From an uncultured Thermomicrobium sp. (GTDB taxonomy: Bacteria > Chloroflexota > Chloroflexia > Thermomicrobiales > Thermomicrobiaceae), in assembly GCA_938028665.1 (NCBI GenBank), contig CALIMB010000002.1, forward strand, positions 33,258 to 97,257: a DNA stretch of 64,000 nt, in the 5' to 3' direction. The notes beneath the pieces were generated by a model. The model saw only the letters and a program-made list of their open reading frames with translations, was not told where the DNA came from and ran no database searches. The position numbers and the translations under genes were made by a program. Positions 9,087 through 18,482 of the stretch are shown piece by piece; within the stretch, counting starts at the first letter, position 1, and the number at the start of each line of letters is the position of its first letter.

Positions 9087-9965
9087 TTAGACAGTGCACA
9101 AGAGCGGCTGGCACCGTGGACAAGCCGTGCTACTGCGGCCGCCGACGCGCATCCGCTCAAGCGGTGTTCTGCAGCGGGGGCAAGGAGTGTTTGCTTGCTG
9201 ACCGTAGATCTGCAGCTGGAACTGATAGCGGCCTGTGCGTCCCTGTGCGTCACGGTAATCGCGGATTGTTGTACCTCGACTCTCAATGGCTGCTGTGAGC
9301 ACGCTCCGCAAGGCGCTCAAGAGACGCTCCGCTTCGGACAGTGTGAGCGTGTCACAGCGGCGCAATGGGTGAATACCGGCCTGGAACAGTGCTTCGTCAG
9401 CGTAAATGTTGCCAACACCCGCGATCAAGGATTGGTTGAGCAAAGCTGCTTTGATGCGCGTGTGACGATGGACGAGCTGCTGCCAAAAGGTAGGTGCATC
9501 GAGTTCCGGGTCAAGCGGTTCCGGTCCGAGTCGCTGCGAGAGTGCTGCCCAGTCCTCTGGTGTGAGGAGTCCTATACGGCCGAAACGTCGAGTATCGCGG
9601 TAGCGGAGCACAAAGCGACCGCGTCGGTCAATGACTGTTGCCGGAAGCGGATGTGGAGAGCGGAGGACGAGTGCAATGTGACAGTGCCGGGGCAGCGGAC
9701 TGTCGGGCTGACTCAGTTGCAACTCCCCAGTCATACCAAGGTGGATGAGTAATCGACGCTCATCACTGAAGCGGAATGCGAGATACTTACCACGGCGCTC
9801 GAGGGTGATGATCTGCCGACCACGAACATGCCGTGCGAATGTTGGCCACGGATCGAGCAGAATATCGTCGGGGTGCTCGCCGCGGAGCGCAGTCAGAACG
9901 GTTGCGCCACAGAGCAGTGGGGCGAGTGTCCGGCGAATCGTTTCGACTTCTGGTAGTTCAGGCAC
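9087..9965 (-). CDS. mutM: formamidopyrimidine-DNA glycosylase
   Basis: (V)PELPEVETIRR must be the N-terminus, because the catalytic Pro2 has to follow the initiator. GTG 9965 has GAGG upstream. C-terminal zinc finger CPRCRTPL...CPRCQ. The ORF-track start at 10049 is an artefactual extension. Confidence 0.9.
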   Translation of the reverse strand: MPELPEVETIRRTLAPLLCGATVLTALRGEHPDDILLDPWPTFARHVRGRQIITLERRGKYLAFRFSDERRLLIHLGMTGELQLSQPDSPLPRHCHIALVLRSPHPLPATVIDRRGRFVLRYRDTRRFGRIGLLTPEDWAALSQRLGPEPLDPELDAPTFWQQLVHRHTRIKAALLNQSLIAGVGNIYADEALFQAGIHPLRRCDTLTLSEAERLLSALRSVLTAAIESRGTTIRDYRDAQGRTGRYQFQLQIYGQQANTPCPRCRTPLERMRVGGRSSTACPRCQPLLCTV

Positions 9966-9993
9966 GTTGGCCTCATCCAATGAGGAGGAATAA

Positions 9994-10341
9994 ATGGCCG
10001 ATTTCTGCATCTTTTGTGAGATTGTTGCTGGTCGCCAGCCAGCACGCAAAGTCTATCAGGACGATGCCGTCACAGTCTTCTGGGACATCCATCCGCAGGC
10101 GCGCGTCCACTTGTTGATCGTGCCGAACCAACACATCCGCTCGCTTGCGGAGGCGGAAGCGGTTGATCCTGCTCTTCTTGGTCGGTGTCTCCAGGTTGCT
10201 GCCAGGGTTGCGCGGGAGCACGGGCTTGCCGAGCGTGGCTACCGGCTTGTCACCAACGTCGGGCCCGATGCGGGGCAGAGTGTTTTCCATCTACACTTTC
10301 ACATGCTCGGGGGCAACCCACTTCGTCTTCCGCTCGGCTAA
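9994..10341 (+). CDS. HIT-family (histidine triad) protein
   Basis: CIFCEIV N-terminus and the histidine triad HLHFHMLGG. GAGGAGG SD. Diverges from mutM across a 28-bp spacer. Confidence 0.9.
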   Translation: MADFCIFCEIVAGRQPARKVYQDDAVTVFWDIHPQARVHLLIVPNQHIRSLAEAEAVDPALLGRCLQVAARVAREHGLAERGYRLVTNVGPDAGQSVFHLHFHMLGGNPLRLPLG

Positions 10342-11271
10342 GTGGGCCGCTGTTCTGTTCAGTTTGTGTGAACGGCGTGCGAGCATCCTGGCACCGAGTT
10401 CGTCATACCGAGCTATTCCCGCAAGGCACGCAGGCAGTTGCCCTACGGGCGGTGATAGCCACATCGTTTGTCGGCGCTGGGTCGTGCGGTCTGTCCAGCG
10501 ATACTCGTTTGCTCTCAGTGTTCCCTAGCGGGCCTTTGCTGCTGATTTGCTTGGTCTGGCAGGCTGAAGCAGTGCGGTCTGCTGCATCTCTCCACCAGTG
10601 GTTTAGATGACGTTGGTGGCGACGCCATGGAGATTTATTGGACTCGCGCTCGCCGGAGCTCTGTCGGTGTTGTCAGTGACGCCAGCAGCTGTCGTTGCTG
10701 ATCGCCACGGGCGAGGGTGCACGATCGATGTGTGGGGGATGGTCGTGTGTCATTGGGCATGAGTGTTGATCCATCAGGATTGCGTGTGGGATGTCTCTGC
10801 AGAACGCTCGGCCAAGGCTAGCTGGTAACACGACGCCTCTCGTCTCGATCGCGGGCAATACAGAGATCACGTCCTTGCCGCCGTCAGGTAGCTTGGGAGC
10901 AAGTTGCCACGGTCACCGCTTTTCGGGTGCTTGAGCCTTCTTGAGGAGGCTATTCTGAGCGAGTATTGGGTAAGGTTTCCCGTCTTGTGGGAGAGGAACG
11001 AAGAACGGCAACCTGTGGATGAGATGCCCCAGGTCTGTCGCTGGACGTGTCTAGCCTGTGAGCTGTGACGGATTACGGTCTGGCAACCCAACTGATACTC
11101 CGGACGGTACCTGCATGGCCCGAGTTGGCCTCCATCCTTCGGGGGCTGGCAAGCGGAAGACGTAGCATCGCCACACGAGAATTCGCCTTCCTTTCTTTGG
11201 GGAAGCGGGGCTTGGCGCAGCAGGCGAAATTGTACGCCTCGTCCGCTGCGCCAAGCCAACTGCTCCCCAAT

Positions 11272-14200
11272 TTACGGTCGAGCAAGGATTGGCCGTGGCA
11301 GAATCGGGCTGGCGCCGGCCTCGAGCAACCTGTGGCCGAGCGCAGGGAGCTCCTCCTCAAGTACCTGCCGTGCGCGCGCGAGGATAGCGTCGATTTCCGC
11401 GGCGAGTTCATGGTAGACCACTTCCTCGGCGGCCGTCGGCCGGTCGTCGGCGCTGTCGACAAAGCTCTGCAATGCCGCCAACCGTGCTGGTGCACGCCAG
11501 GGAAACTGGCGGGGGTCATCCATCCGCGGTTCCAGGAGTTCGTCGACGAGCGCTCCAAGTCGGTCACGCATGGCGCTGACCGATTCGAGGAGTTCATCAC
11601 TTGCGTTGGCAGCCTCAAGCCGCCGCTGCCACTCGTCGAGCTGGTGACGTGCGTCACGCAAGCGGTTGATCGCATCGTGTGCTTCAGAGACTTTGTCACG
11701 GATGCGCAAGAGCAAGTCGAATTGCCGCTCGAGATCCTGCTGCGCGACACTGAGCCGCGGGTCAGGCCGGATCTCGAGTGGCTGCGTCCAACTGTGGTTG
11801 CCGACCGTGAGGCGCACCTGATACGTACCGGGAATGACGCGCGGCCCGACAAGATATCCTTCATATGGCTTATCGCCAAGTGCGCGTCGAGCGCCTTCGA
11901 CGCGCAAGTCCCAGACGAAGCGGTGGAATCCTGGCGTCTTGTCCAGGCGGGGCGGCAGCGAGGGTTTCTTTTCCTCTGGAATATCTGGATAAGGGTCAAC
12001 CGGCTTTTCACTCGAGAAACGTCGCAACTCACGACCCTCGGCATCGAGAATCGAGAGCGTGATCTCTGCTGGTTCCTCTGCAAGGTAGTAGGTGACAATG
12101 GCGCCGTCAGGTGGGTTCTCTCCCGCGTCGAGTGGGCGTGCTTCCTTGACACCAGTTGGCCGCTCGGTAATCCAGGCTGCGTAGACGATGGGGCCGGCCC
12201 AGCGGTAGCTTACCGTATTGGATACCTCGCTGCCGAACCCTGGATAGGTTTTGAAGCGGACAGTTGGTCGTGGGGCAAAGAGATAGGCTGGCCCAGTGAG
12301 TGCGGTGGGATCGAACTGCCGGAGCGGTGTTACATCGTCAAGGATCCAGAAGCTACGACCATGGGTTGCGATGATGAGATCGTCGTCTTTGACCACGAGG
12401 TCATAGATGGGACAGAGAGGAAGGTTTCCCTGCCAGCGGTGCCAGTGTTGGCCGTCGTCGAAGGAGATCCAGAGCCCCGTTTCAGTGCCGAGGTAGAGGA
12501 GACCCGGCTTCACTGGATCAACGCGAAGGACACGGCAGATTGTTTCTTCTGGCAGGTCACCACGCAGTGAAAGCCAGGTTCGCCCGCCATCGGTGGTCTT
12601 AAAGAGGTACGGTGCCGGATCATCCAGGCGGTAGCGATGAGCTACCAGATAGACTGTCTCAGGGTCGTGTGGCGAGACTTCAAGTGAGGCAACGGTTGCC
12701 CATTCTGGGAGCTCAGGTGGCGTCACTGTCTCCCACGTGGCACCGCCGTCCCGTGAGACGTGAACCAAACCATCGTCTGTTCCTGCCCAGAAGATACCAG
12801 GGTGGTGCGGTGACTCGACAAAAGAGAAGATCGTGCAATAGACTTCAGCGCCCGTGTTATCACGAGTGATTGGCCCGCCGGAGGGTTTCAGCTTCTCCGG
12901 GTCGCTGCGTGTGAGGTCAGGGCTGATCACTTCCCAGGTGTAGCCAAGGTCTCGTGAGCGATGGACGACTTGCGAGCACACATAGAGTGTGTTCGGGTCG
13001 TGAGGTGAAAAGAGGATAGGGAACGTCCACTGGAAGCGATAGCGAAGTGACTCGGCTCCTTCAGCCATGCTGGTCTCGTAGGGCCAGACGGTGATATTCC
13101 GCTGCTCGCCGGTCCGGCGGTTGAACCGGATGAGGCGGCCATTCCCCTCACCGCTCCCGATCGCTCCACCAATCACGATGTCGGGATCATCCGGCTTGAC
13201 TGCAATATACCCGCTCTCGCCGCCGCCAGGCTCAATCCATTCACCGGTGGTAATCGCACCGTTCACCGAGCGACTGGGGAGTGCGATTGCTGTGTTGTCT
13301 TGCTGCGAGCCGTAGATCCAGTACGGGAAGCGGTTGTCGACAGTGACGTGATAGAGCTGTGCCGTCGGTTGGTTCAACTGGGTTGACCAGGTGCGGCCAC
13401 CATCGAAGCTGATGCAGGCTCCGCCGTCGTTGCCATTGATCATGCGTCGGGGGTTCTTGGGGTCGATCCAGTGGTCGTGGTGGTCGCCGTGGGGCGTGGG
13501 CACCTCGGTGAAGGTGCGTCCACCATCGATTGATTTCCAAAGTTTGAGATTCAAAACCCAGAGCGTATCCGGATCGACGGGATCAGCGCAGAGGTGGTGG
13601 AAGTACCAGGCGCGCCAGCGCAGGTCTCCCTTGTCAGACACGCGTTGCCACGATTCACCGTAGTCCTCAGAGCGGAAGAGGGCACCGTCCTCGGCTTCTA
13701 CGAGTGCCCAGAGACGACCAGGTTTGGCGGAGACCGCCAGCCCGACTCGTCCGATGATTCCCTGTGGAAGTCCAGGTTTGTGGGTGAGCTCCTCCCAGGT
13801 CTCGCCCCCGTCAGTGGAGCGAAAGATGCCGGAGCCAGGGCCACCGCTCTCAAGCTTCCAAGGCCAGCGACGTGCTTGCCAGAGCGCAGCGTAGAGGATG
13901 CGGGGGTTGTGCGGATCCATGACGAGATCAATGGCCCCGGTCTGTGCGTCCCGATAGAGAACTCGTTCCCAGGTGCGCCCGCCATCTCGGCTGCGGAAGA
14001 CACCGCGTTCCTCATTGGTTCCAAAGGCGTGTCCTAGCGCAGCGACGTAGACAAGGTCGGGATTCGCCGGATGGATGCGGATCTTGGCGATATGGCGGGT
14101 ATCACGGAGTCCGACATTGATCCAGGTCCGGCCACCGTCAGTAGATTTATAGACACCGTCACCGTGCGAGACGTTGCCGCGGATGCAGGCTTCGCCGGTG

Positions 14201-14466
14201 CCAACATAGAGGACGTTCGGATCGGAGGGAGCGATGGCGATCGCGCCGATTGCTGCCGTCGTGAAGAAGCCATCCGAGATGTTCCACCAGGTCGTGCCGC
14301 CGTCTTCGGTCTTCCACACCCCGCCTGCACAGGCTCCGAAGTAGAACGTCATTGGGTCATCTGGGTGTCCAACAACCGCGACGACGCGTCCTCCGCGGTG
14401 TGGGCCGACACAGCGGAAGCGTAATGCGCGCATGAGAGCATGCACACCATTGCGGTTGGTATTCAT
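11272..14466 (-). CDS. large BNR/VPS10(sortilin)-type beta-propeller repeat protein with C-terminal helical region
   Basis: Many S/T-x-D-x-G-x-T-W repeats (KTEDGGTTW, KSTDGGRTW, RSRDGGRTW, RSTDGGETW, SIDGGRTF, SFDGGRTW, VSRDGGATW, KTTDGGRTW). ATG 14466 is preceded by GGAGTGGGGGG. No signal peptide seen. Confidence 0.85.
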   Translation of the reverse strand: MNTNRNGVHALMRALRFRCVGPHRGGRVVAVVGHPDDPMTFYFGACAGGVWKTEDGGTTWWNISDGFFTTAAIGAIAIAPSDPNVLYVGTGEACIRGNVSHGDGVYKSTDGGRTWINVGLRDTRHIAKIRIHPANPDLVYVAALGHAFGTNEERGVFRSRDGGRTWERVLYRDAQTGAIDLVMDPHNPRILYAALWQARRWPWKLESGGPGSGIFRSTDGGETWEELTHKPGLPQGIIGRVGLAVSAKPGRLWALVEAEDGALFRSEDYGESWQRVSDKGDLRWRAWYFHHLCADPVDPDTLWVLNLKLWKSIDGGRTFTEVPTPHGDHHDHWIDPKNPRRMINGNDGGACISFDGGRTWSTQLNQPTAQLYHVTVDNRFPYWIYGSQQDNTAIALPSRSVNGAITTGEWIEPGGGESGYIAVKPDDPDIVIGGAIGSGEGNGRLIRFNRRTGEQRNITVWPYETSMAEGAESLRYRFQWTFPILFSPHDPNTLYVCSQVVHRSRDLGYTWEVISPDLTRSDPEKLKPSGGPITRDNTGAEVYCTIFSFVESPHHPGIFWAGTDDGLVHVSRDGGATWETVTPPELPEWATVASLEVSPHDPETVYLVAHRYRLDDPAPYLFKTTDGGRTWLSLRGDLPEETICRVLRVDPVKPGLLYLGTETGLWISFDDGQHWHRWQGNLPLCPIYDLVVKDDDLIIATHGRSFWILDDVTPLRQFDPTALTGPAYLFAPRPTVRFKTYPGFGSEVSNTVSYRWAGPIVYAAWITERPTGVKEARPLDAGENPPDGAIVTYYLAEEPAEITLSILDAEGRELRRFSSEKPVDPYPDIPEEKKPSLPPRLDKTPGFHRFVWDLRVEGARRALGDKPYEGYLVGPRVIPGTYQVRLTVGNHSWTQPLEIRPDPRLSVAQQDLERQFDLLLRIRDKVSEAHDAINRLRDARHQLDEWQRRLEAANASDELLESVSAMRDRLGALVDELLEPRMDDPRQFPWRAPARLAALQSFVDSADDRPTAAEEVVYHELAAEIDAILARARQVLEEELPALGHRLLEAGASPILPRPILARP

Positions 14467-15114
14467 TCTGTCCCCCCACTCCTGTCCACCAGCCGCAGTC
14501 TCAAGCCGTGAGCAGTATCGCACACGGCAACCGATTTGCGTCGCAGGCGCAGGGCTACACCCACTGCCGGTATCTTCTTCTTAGGAACGGGTACCGTACT
14601 TGTTCGCCAAGAGACGGCGGGTAGAGCTGATGTCTGTGCGTCCTGACTGGTTCTCGAGGTGAGCGGTCACACACCGAGGGGTGTGCAAGTAGATGAGCTC
14701 TGCAGAGGAGACCGACTGCCGACCGGTCTCTCTGGTTATGACCTTTGTCATGATACTGGAAGTCATATCATATATGGGTAATCAGGAATTGCGGAATACT
14801 CTATAGAAGAGTATCAGCGTATATGTGGATGTCGAAGTAGTATGCTCAAGGATATACTAATAATGAGTAAGATCATTGAAGAGAGCGCTAGGGTATGGAA
14901 CATACTAGAGTGGCAACAAGATGAACGTTGGCATCACACTCCTGAAGCTTCCGCTCAGCTCCTTCCCCGGTCAATTGGTGGGCAGGTTCGATGTCAAGTG
15001 GCGAACATCGAGCACCAATCAAACGAACCATGCTAGCGTGCGACCATGTTCAGGCGAAAGAGAAGACATGGATCATCCATCGTATCGTACTTCTTTCCCA
15101 ATTCCTTCACGGTT

Positions 15115-15861
15115 TCACCGGCGGAACGGAAATGGCTCACGTACCCGAATGCGGTGAAACTCCTCAGCATACTGCATGTCGTGTCGAACCCCCCGTTCCA
15201 TTGCGGCTTGGCGAAGCCAGCGCTCAAGCAGGAGAAAGCGGTCGCCAAACTGGCTCCGGTGAGCTTTCAGCGCGGCCAGCTTGCGATCGAGCGTGGTCGT
15301 AATGTCCACTGCATGGTTGAGAACTGGTGCGTTGATAACCCAGATCTCCTGGACATAATGGGGAAGAAGCCCCTCTGCTAAGAGTTCCGGGAAGTCCCAG
15401 GCGTTGCCAGCTGCTGGATACACCGCAGCTAGAGCTGCTTGTCCCACCGCAAGATGATCTGGGTGGTAGCGGCCCACCTGGTAAGCCGGCGACCAATTGC
15501 GATCGGGTGACGGGATGACAAGAATTTGAGGCCGATACTTCCGGATCACTCGCACAAGGTCACGCCGGAGCCCGAACGTCGGCTCAACGTAGCCATCGGG
15601 ATAGTCAAGAAACTCGACCGTCCGTACACCAAGAATGCGTGCGCCCTCGCGCTGCTCCGCTTTGCGGAGCTCGCTGATCTGTCGCCGTGCCGCTGGGCTA
15701 ACGTCTTCTGCATCGTCTGGTCCACCTCCACCACCATCTGTCACGACCACAAGATCGACGGTCCATCCCTCGTCCACCCACCGCGCGACTGTTCCACCGC
15801 AGCCAATCTCCATGTCATCCGGGTGGGCCACGATGATGAGGGCTCGTCGCTCCTCCTGCAT
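15115..15861 (-). CDS. PIG-L/LmbE-family deacetylase
   Basis: ALIIVAHPDDMEIGCGGTVARW and HPDH motifs typical of GlcNAc-type deacetylases. Confidence 0.85.
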   Translation of the reverse strand: MQEERRALIIVAHPDDMEIGCGGTVARWVDEGWTVDLVVVTDGGGGGPDDAEDVSPAARRQISELRKAEQREGARILGVRTVEFLDYPDGYVEPTFGLRRDLVRVIRKYRPQILVIPSPDRNWSPAYQVGRYHPDHLAVGQAALAAVYPAAGNAWDFPELLAEGLLPHYVQEIWVINAPVLNHAVDITTTLDRKLAALKAHRSQFGDRFLLLERWLRQAAMERGVRHDMQYAEEFHRIRVREPFPFRR

Positions 15862-15938
15862 GAATTTCTCACCTCCGGATCGGTCTAGAGAGTCGTCAAC
15901 AAATGATCCCTTACAGCTGCCTTAGGATACTCTTTCGC

Positions 15939-15967
15939 TTGGCGTTGTCTCCGCCGATAGATACAAT
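15939..15967 (+). promoter_or_regulatory. sigma70-like promoter candidate for the S1 protease gene
   Basis: TTGGCG (15939-15944), 17-nt spacer, TACAAT (15962-15967), about 34 nt upstream of the start codon. Confidence 0.35.
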
Positions 15968-16000
15968 GCGGCAGATGTTACGACATCGAGGGAGGTGGGC

Positions 16001-17710
16001 GTGAAGTCGAAATTGAGCTGGCTGGCACTGTTCCTTGCCTTGCCTTTACTTTCGGTAGTGCTTGCAACGCATCCAGCTGCGGCTGAGCCAGCCTCATACG
16101 TTCGGCACCGGTTAATGACGCCAGCGCCTGCGGTTTCAGCTCGGCTCCTGGAGCGGGCTGAGCAGAAGTTCTCCTACCAGCGTATCTTCCCGCCGGACGA
16201 GCGGGTTCGCGTTACACCGACGACTCGCTTACCTGCGTCGGCTGTGACGCTGCTGGTTGGTGAGTTCGCCAATGGTGTGTCGTTTTCCTGTTCCGGAACC
16301 CTCATTGGCGCAACTGTTGTCCTCACTGCCGCGCACTGCCTCTATCAAGCTGACAACGGTGGGTGGGTCGTGGAACTCGTTGCTGCTCCTGGTGCGGACC
16401 GGCGGGGCGGAAGAGTTGTTACTCCCTTTGGGACCAGCGCTGCCGTCGATGCGGTTGTCCCGCGTGGCTGGATTGAACAAGGACACATACCCCAGTATGA
16501 CTTTGGGCTTGTGTTGCTGGCGGATCCACTTGGCACGCGAGCGGGCTCGCTTGGGCTCACAGCGCTTAGTGATACAGCACTTATGGACCCGTCCTTCTCG
16601 TTCCTGGTCGCCGGATATCCGGGTGACCTGCTGTTCGGCACGCAGTGGCATGCACCGGCACAGGGTTTCGTGGACATCAGTGCAGATTTCTTAGGAGTAC
16701 AAGCTGACCTGACCGAAGGGATGAGTGGTGGTCCGCTCCTCACGACGGATCAGTTTATGGTCTTCGGAATTGTCTCGTTTGAGTCGACGCTTGCTAACTT
16801 CGCTCGGCGAGTGACCGCTGATGTCATGCGCTTTGTCGAGGACGTCTGTGCGAATGCTGGCTGTCGCCTGCAGGCGACACCGTTGCCCAGCCCAACTCCT
16901 CAACCGACTCCGATCCCCCAACCGGTACCTCCACCGGGATCACTAGTTTCGCTGGCCTTCAGTGCAGTCGAGCCGGCGCGTTGGTCAACCGTTTTCCCCG
17001 GGCCGGTTCAGGTCAGTGCAACAGTCATATCGGAGCGGCCGCTTGCCGAACTGATTGTGCGCGTTGCCGGACAAGAGGCTCGCGGGACACAGCCGACGGT
17101 GACACTCACGGCCTATCTTGATCCGGGAAACCATGTCATCGAGGCGATCGCTCGTGATGTTGATGGGCGCGAACTCCGTACAGTGTGGGACGTGGTTGCC
17201 AGCTGGGATTTGGCCGATGGGCCATGGTTTGACAGTCGTGGACAACCGAGAGTTGAGGCGATCAATGCGACCGCCCGTGCGCTTGTCGAAGCATTCCGCT
17301 GGCATCTCTACGGAATGAGCTGGGATGGCGTCGATCATCGCGGTGATCTACCGACGCATGCTTCACAGCTCCGACCGGGTGAACCAGTACCGCTGCTGGT
17401 GACCGAAAACGGCTTTGACCGGCAGGCGACTGAAGCGACGCTGCGTGCACTGGTGGAGGCCTTCCGCTGGCATCTCTACGGGATCAGTTGGGACGGTATG
17501 CCACATCCTGAGGTGCCAACGCATGCCACCTCGGTGCTTCCACCAGAACCGGTTGGTCCTTGGTTCACACCGGAGGGACAGCCGATTCCCGAAGAGATAA
17601 CGCGTACCCTTCGCTCACTCGTCGAAGCCTTCCGTTGGCATCTCTATGGTGCCACCTGGGACGGTCAGCCACGCGGAGATATGCCAACCCATGCAGTAGC
17701 TGCACGCTAG
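16001..17710 (+). CDS. secreted trypsin-like (S1) serine protease with three C-terminal 56-aa repeats
   Basis: Signal peptide MKSKLSWLALFLALPLL...AAA. Catalytic motifs VVLTAAHC and GMSGGPLL. Pro-rich linker, Ig-like region, then 3 x LVEAFRWHLYGxSWDG modules. GTG 16001 has GGAGG at 5-nt spacing (ORF track lists 15995). Confidence 0.85.
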   Translation: MKSKLSWLALFLALPLLSVVLATHPAAAEPASYVRHRLMTPAPAVSARLLERAEQKFSYQRIFPPDERVRVTPTTRLPASAVTLLVGEFANGVSFSCSGTLIGATVVLTAAHCLYQADNGGWVVELVAAPGADRRGGRVVTPFGTSAAVDAVVPRGWIEQGHIPQYDFGLVLLADPLGTRAGSLGLTALSDTALMDPSFSFLVAGYPGDLLFGTQWHAPAQGFVDISADFLGVQADLTEGMSGGPLLTTDQFMVFGIVSFESTLANFARRVTADVMRFVEDVCANAGCRLQATPLPSPTPQPTPIPQPVPPPGSLVSLAFSAVEPARWSTVFPGPVQVSATVISERPLAELIVRVAGQEARGTQPTVTLTAYLDPGNHVIEAIARDVDGRELRTVWDVVASWDLADGPWFDSRGQPRVEAINATARALVEAFRWHLYGMSWDGVDHRGDLPTHASQLRPGEPVPLLVTENGFDRQATEATLRALVEAFRWHLYGISWDGMPHPEVPTHATSVLPPEPVGPWFTPEGQPIPEEITRTLRSLVEAFRWHLYGATWDGQPRGDMPTHAVAAR

Positions 17711-17713
17711 TGT

Positions 17714-18424
17714 TTATTGTCCGCCCACAATCGGGATCACGGCTCCGTTGAGTGCGGCAGCTTCCGGTGAGCAGAGGTACCAGAGCAGAGCAGCCACCTG
17801 CTCCGGGCCTACCCACTTGCTCGGGTCAGCCTGCGGCATTGCCGCCCGATTGGCTGGCGTATCGATCGTCGCCGGTGCGATACAGTTTGCTGTCACGCCG
17901 GTACCGCGGAGTTCACGTGCAACTGCGAGCGTCAGGGTAATGACTGCGTGTTTGACCGCGGCATACGCCACTGCCCCGGCGCCCGGGTCGAGTGCGGCCC
18001 GTGCTCCAACAGTCACGATCCGTCCTGCTCCCTGGGCGAGAAGTCGGGGCACGGTCGCTCGAAGCATATTAGCGGTTGGCCACAGGTTGAGTGCCAGAAG
18101 CTCTTGCCAGAGCTGAGGCGTGGTCTCAGCGATCCGGCCTGCGTGAAATCCTCCAGCCAGGCAGAGTACCCAGTCCAGATGCCCGTACCGCTCCAGGGCA
18201 GCTCTCACAGTCTCCTCACTTCCTGCTGGGTCGGCCAGGTCAACAGCGAGGCCATCCACGGAGTCAACATGTGCTCCAAGCGTTGCACGAAGGTGCTGCC
18301 AACGTTCGGAAGAACGGTACGGAACAAAGAGTTGTACGCCACGCTCCGCGAACCAGCGTACGACTACCGAGCCAACCTGCCCAGTACCACCTGTCACCAG
18401 CGCTACCGGACGCTTCTCTGCCAT
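17714..18424 (-). CDS. SDR-family oxidoreductase
   Basis: Rossmann motif VALVTGGTGQVGS and a YAAVKHA (YxxxK) active site. ATG 18424 lies 6 nt after GAGGAG. The 363-aa ORF-track version runs upstream into the neighbouring gene and is not homologous. Confidence 0.85.
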   Translation of the reverse strand: MAEKRPVALVTGGTGQVGSVVVRWFAERGVQLFVPYRSSERWQHLRATLGAHVDSVDGLAVDLADPAGSEETVRAALERYGHLDWVLCLAGGFHAGRIAETTPQLWQELLALNLWPTANMLRATVPRLLAQGAGRIVTVGARAALDPGAGAVAYAAVKHAVITLTLAVARELRGTGVTANCIAPATIDTPANRAAMPQADPSKWVGPEQVAALLWYLCSPEAAALNGAVIPIVGGQ

Positions 18425-18482
18425 CGGCATCTCCTCTCGCACTACCGCGTATTGTGTTGCGCAGAGTGTACGTCCAGCAGTG

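Noticed and set aside
11065-12570. 501-aa plus-strand ORF (and a 359-aa minus-strand ORF 11073..12152) overlapping the BNR/VPS10 gene
   Set aside because: Shadow ORFs in alternative frames of a well-supported 1064-aa gene. They have no motifs and a composition typical of GC-rich antisense frames.
15924-15934. Half-site ATACTCT in the PIG-L/S1-protease divergent promoter as a second operator for the 14796 palindrome
   Set aside because: A single 7-mer is expected several times by chance in 64 kb on two strands, and no inverted partner is present.
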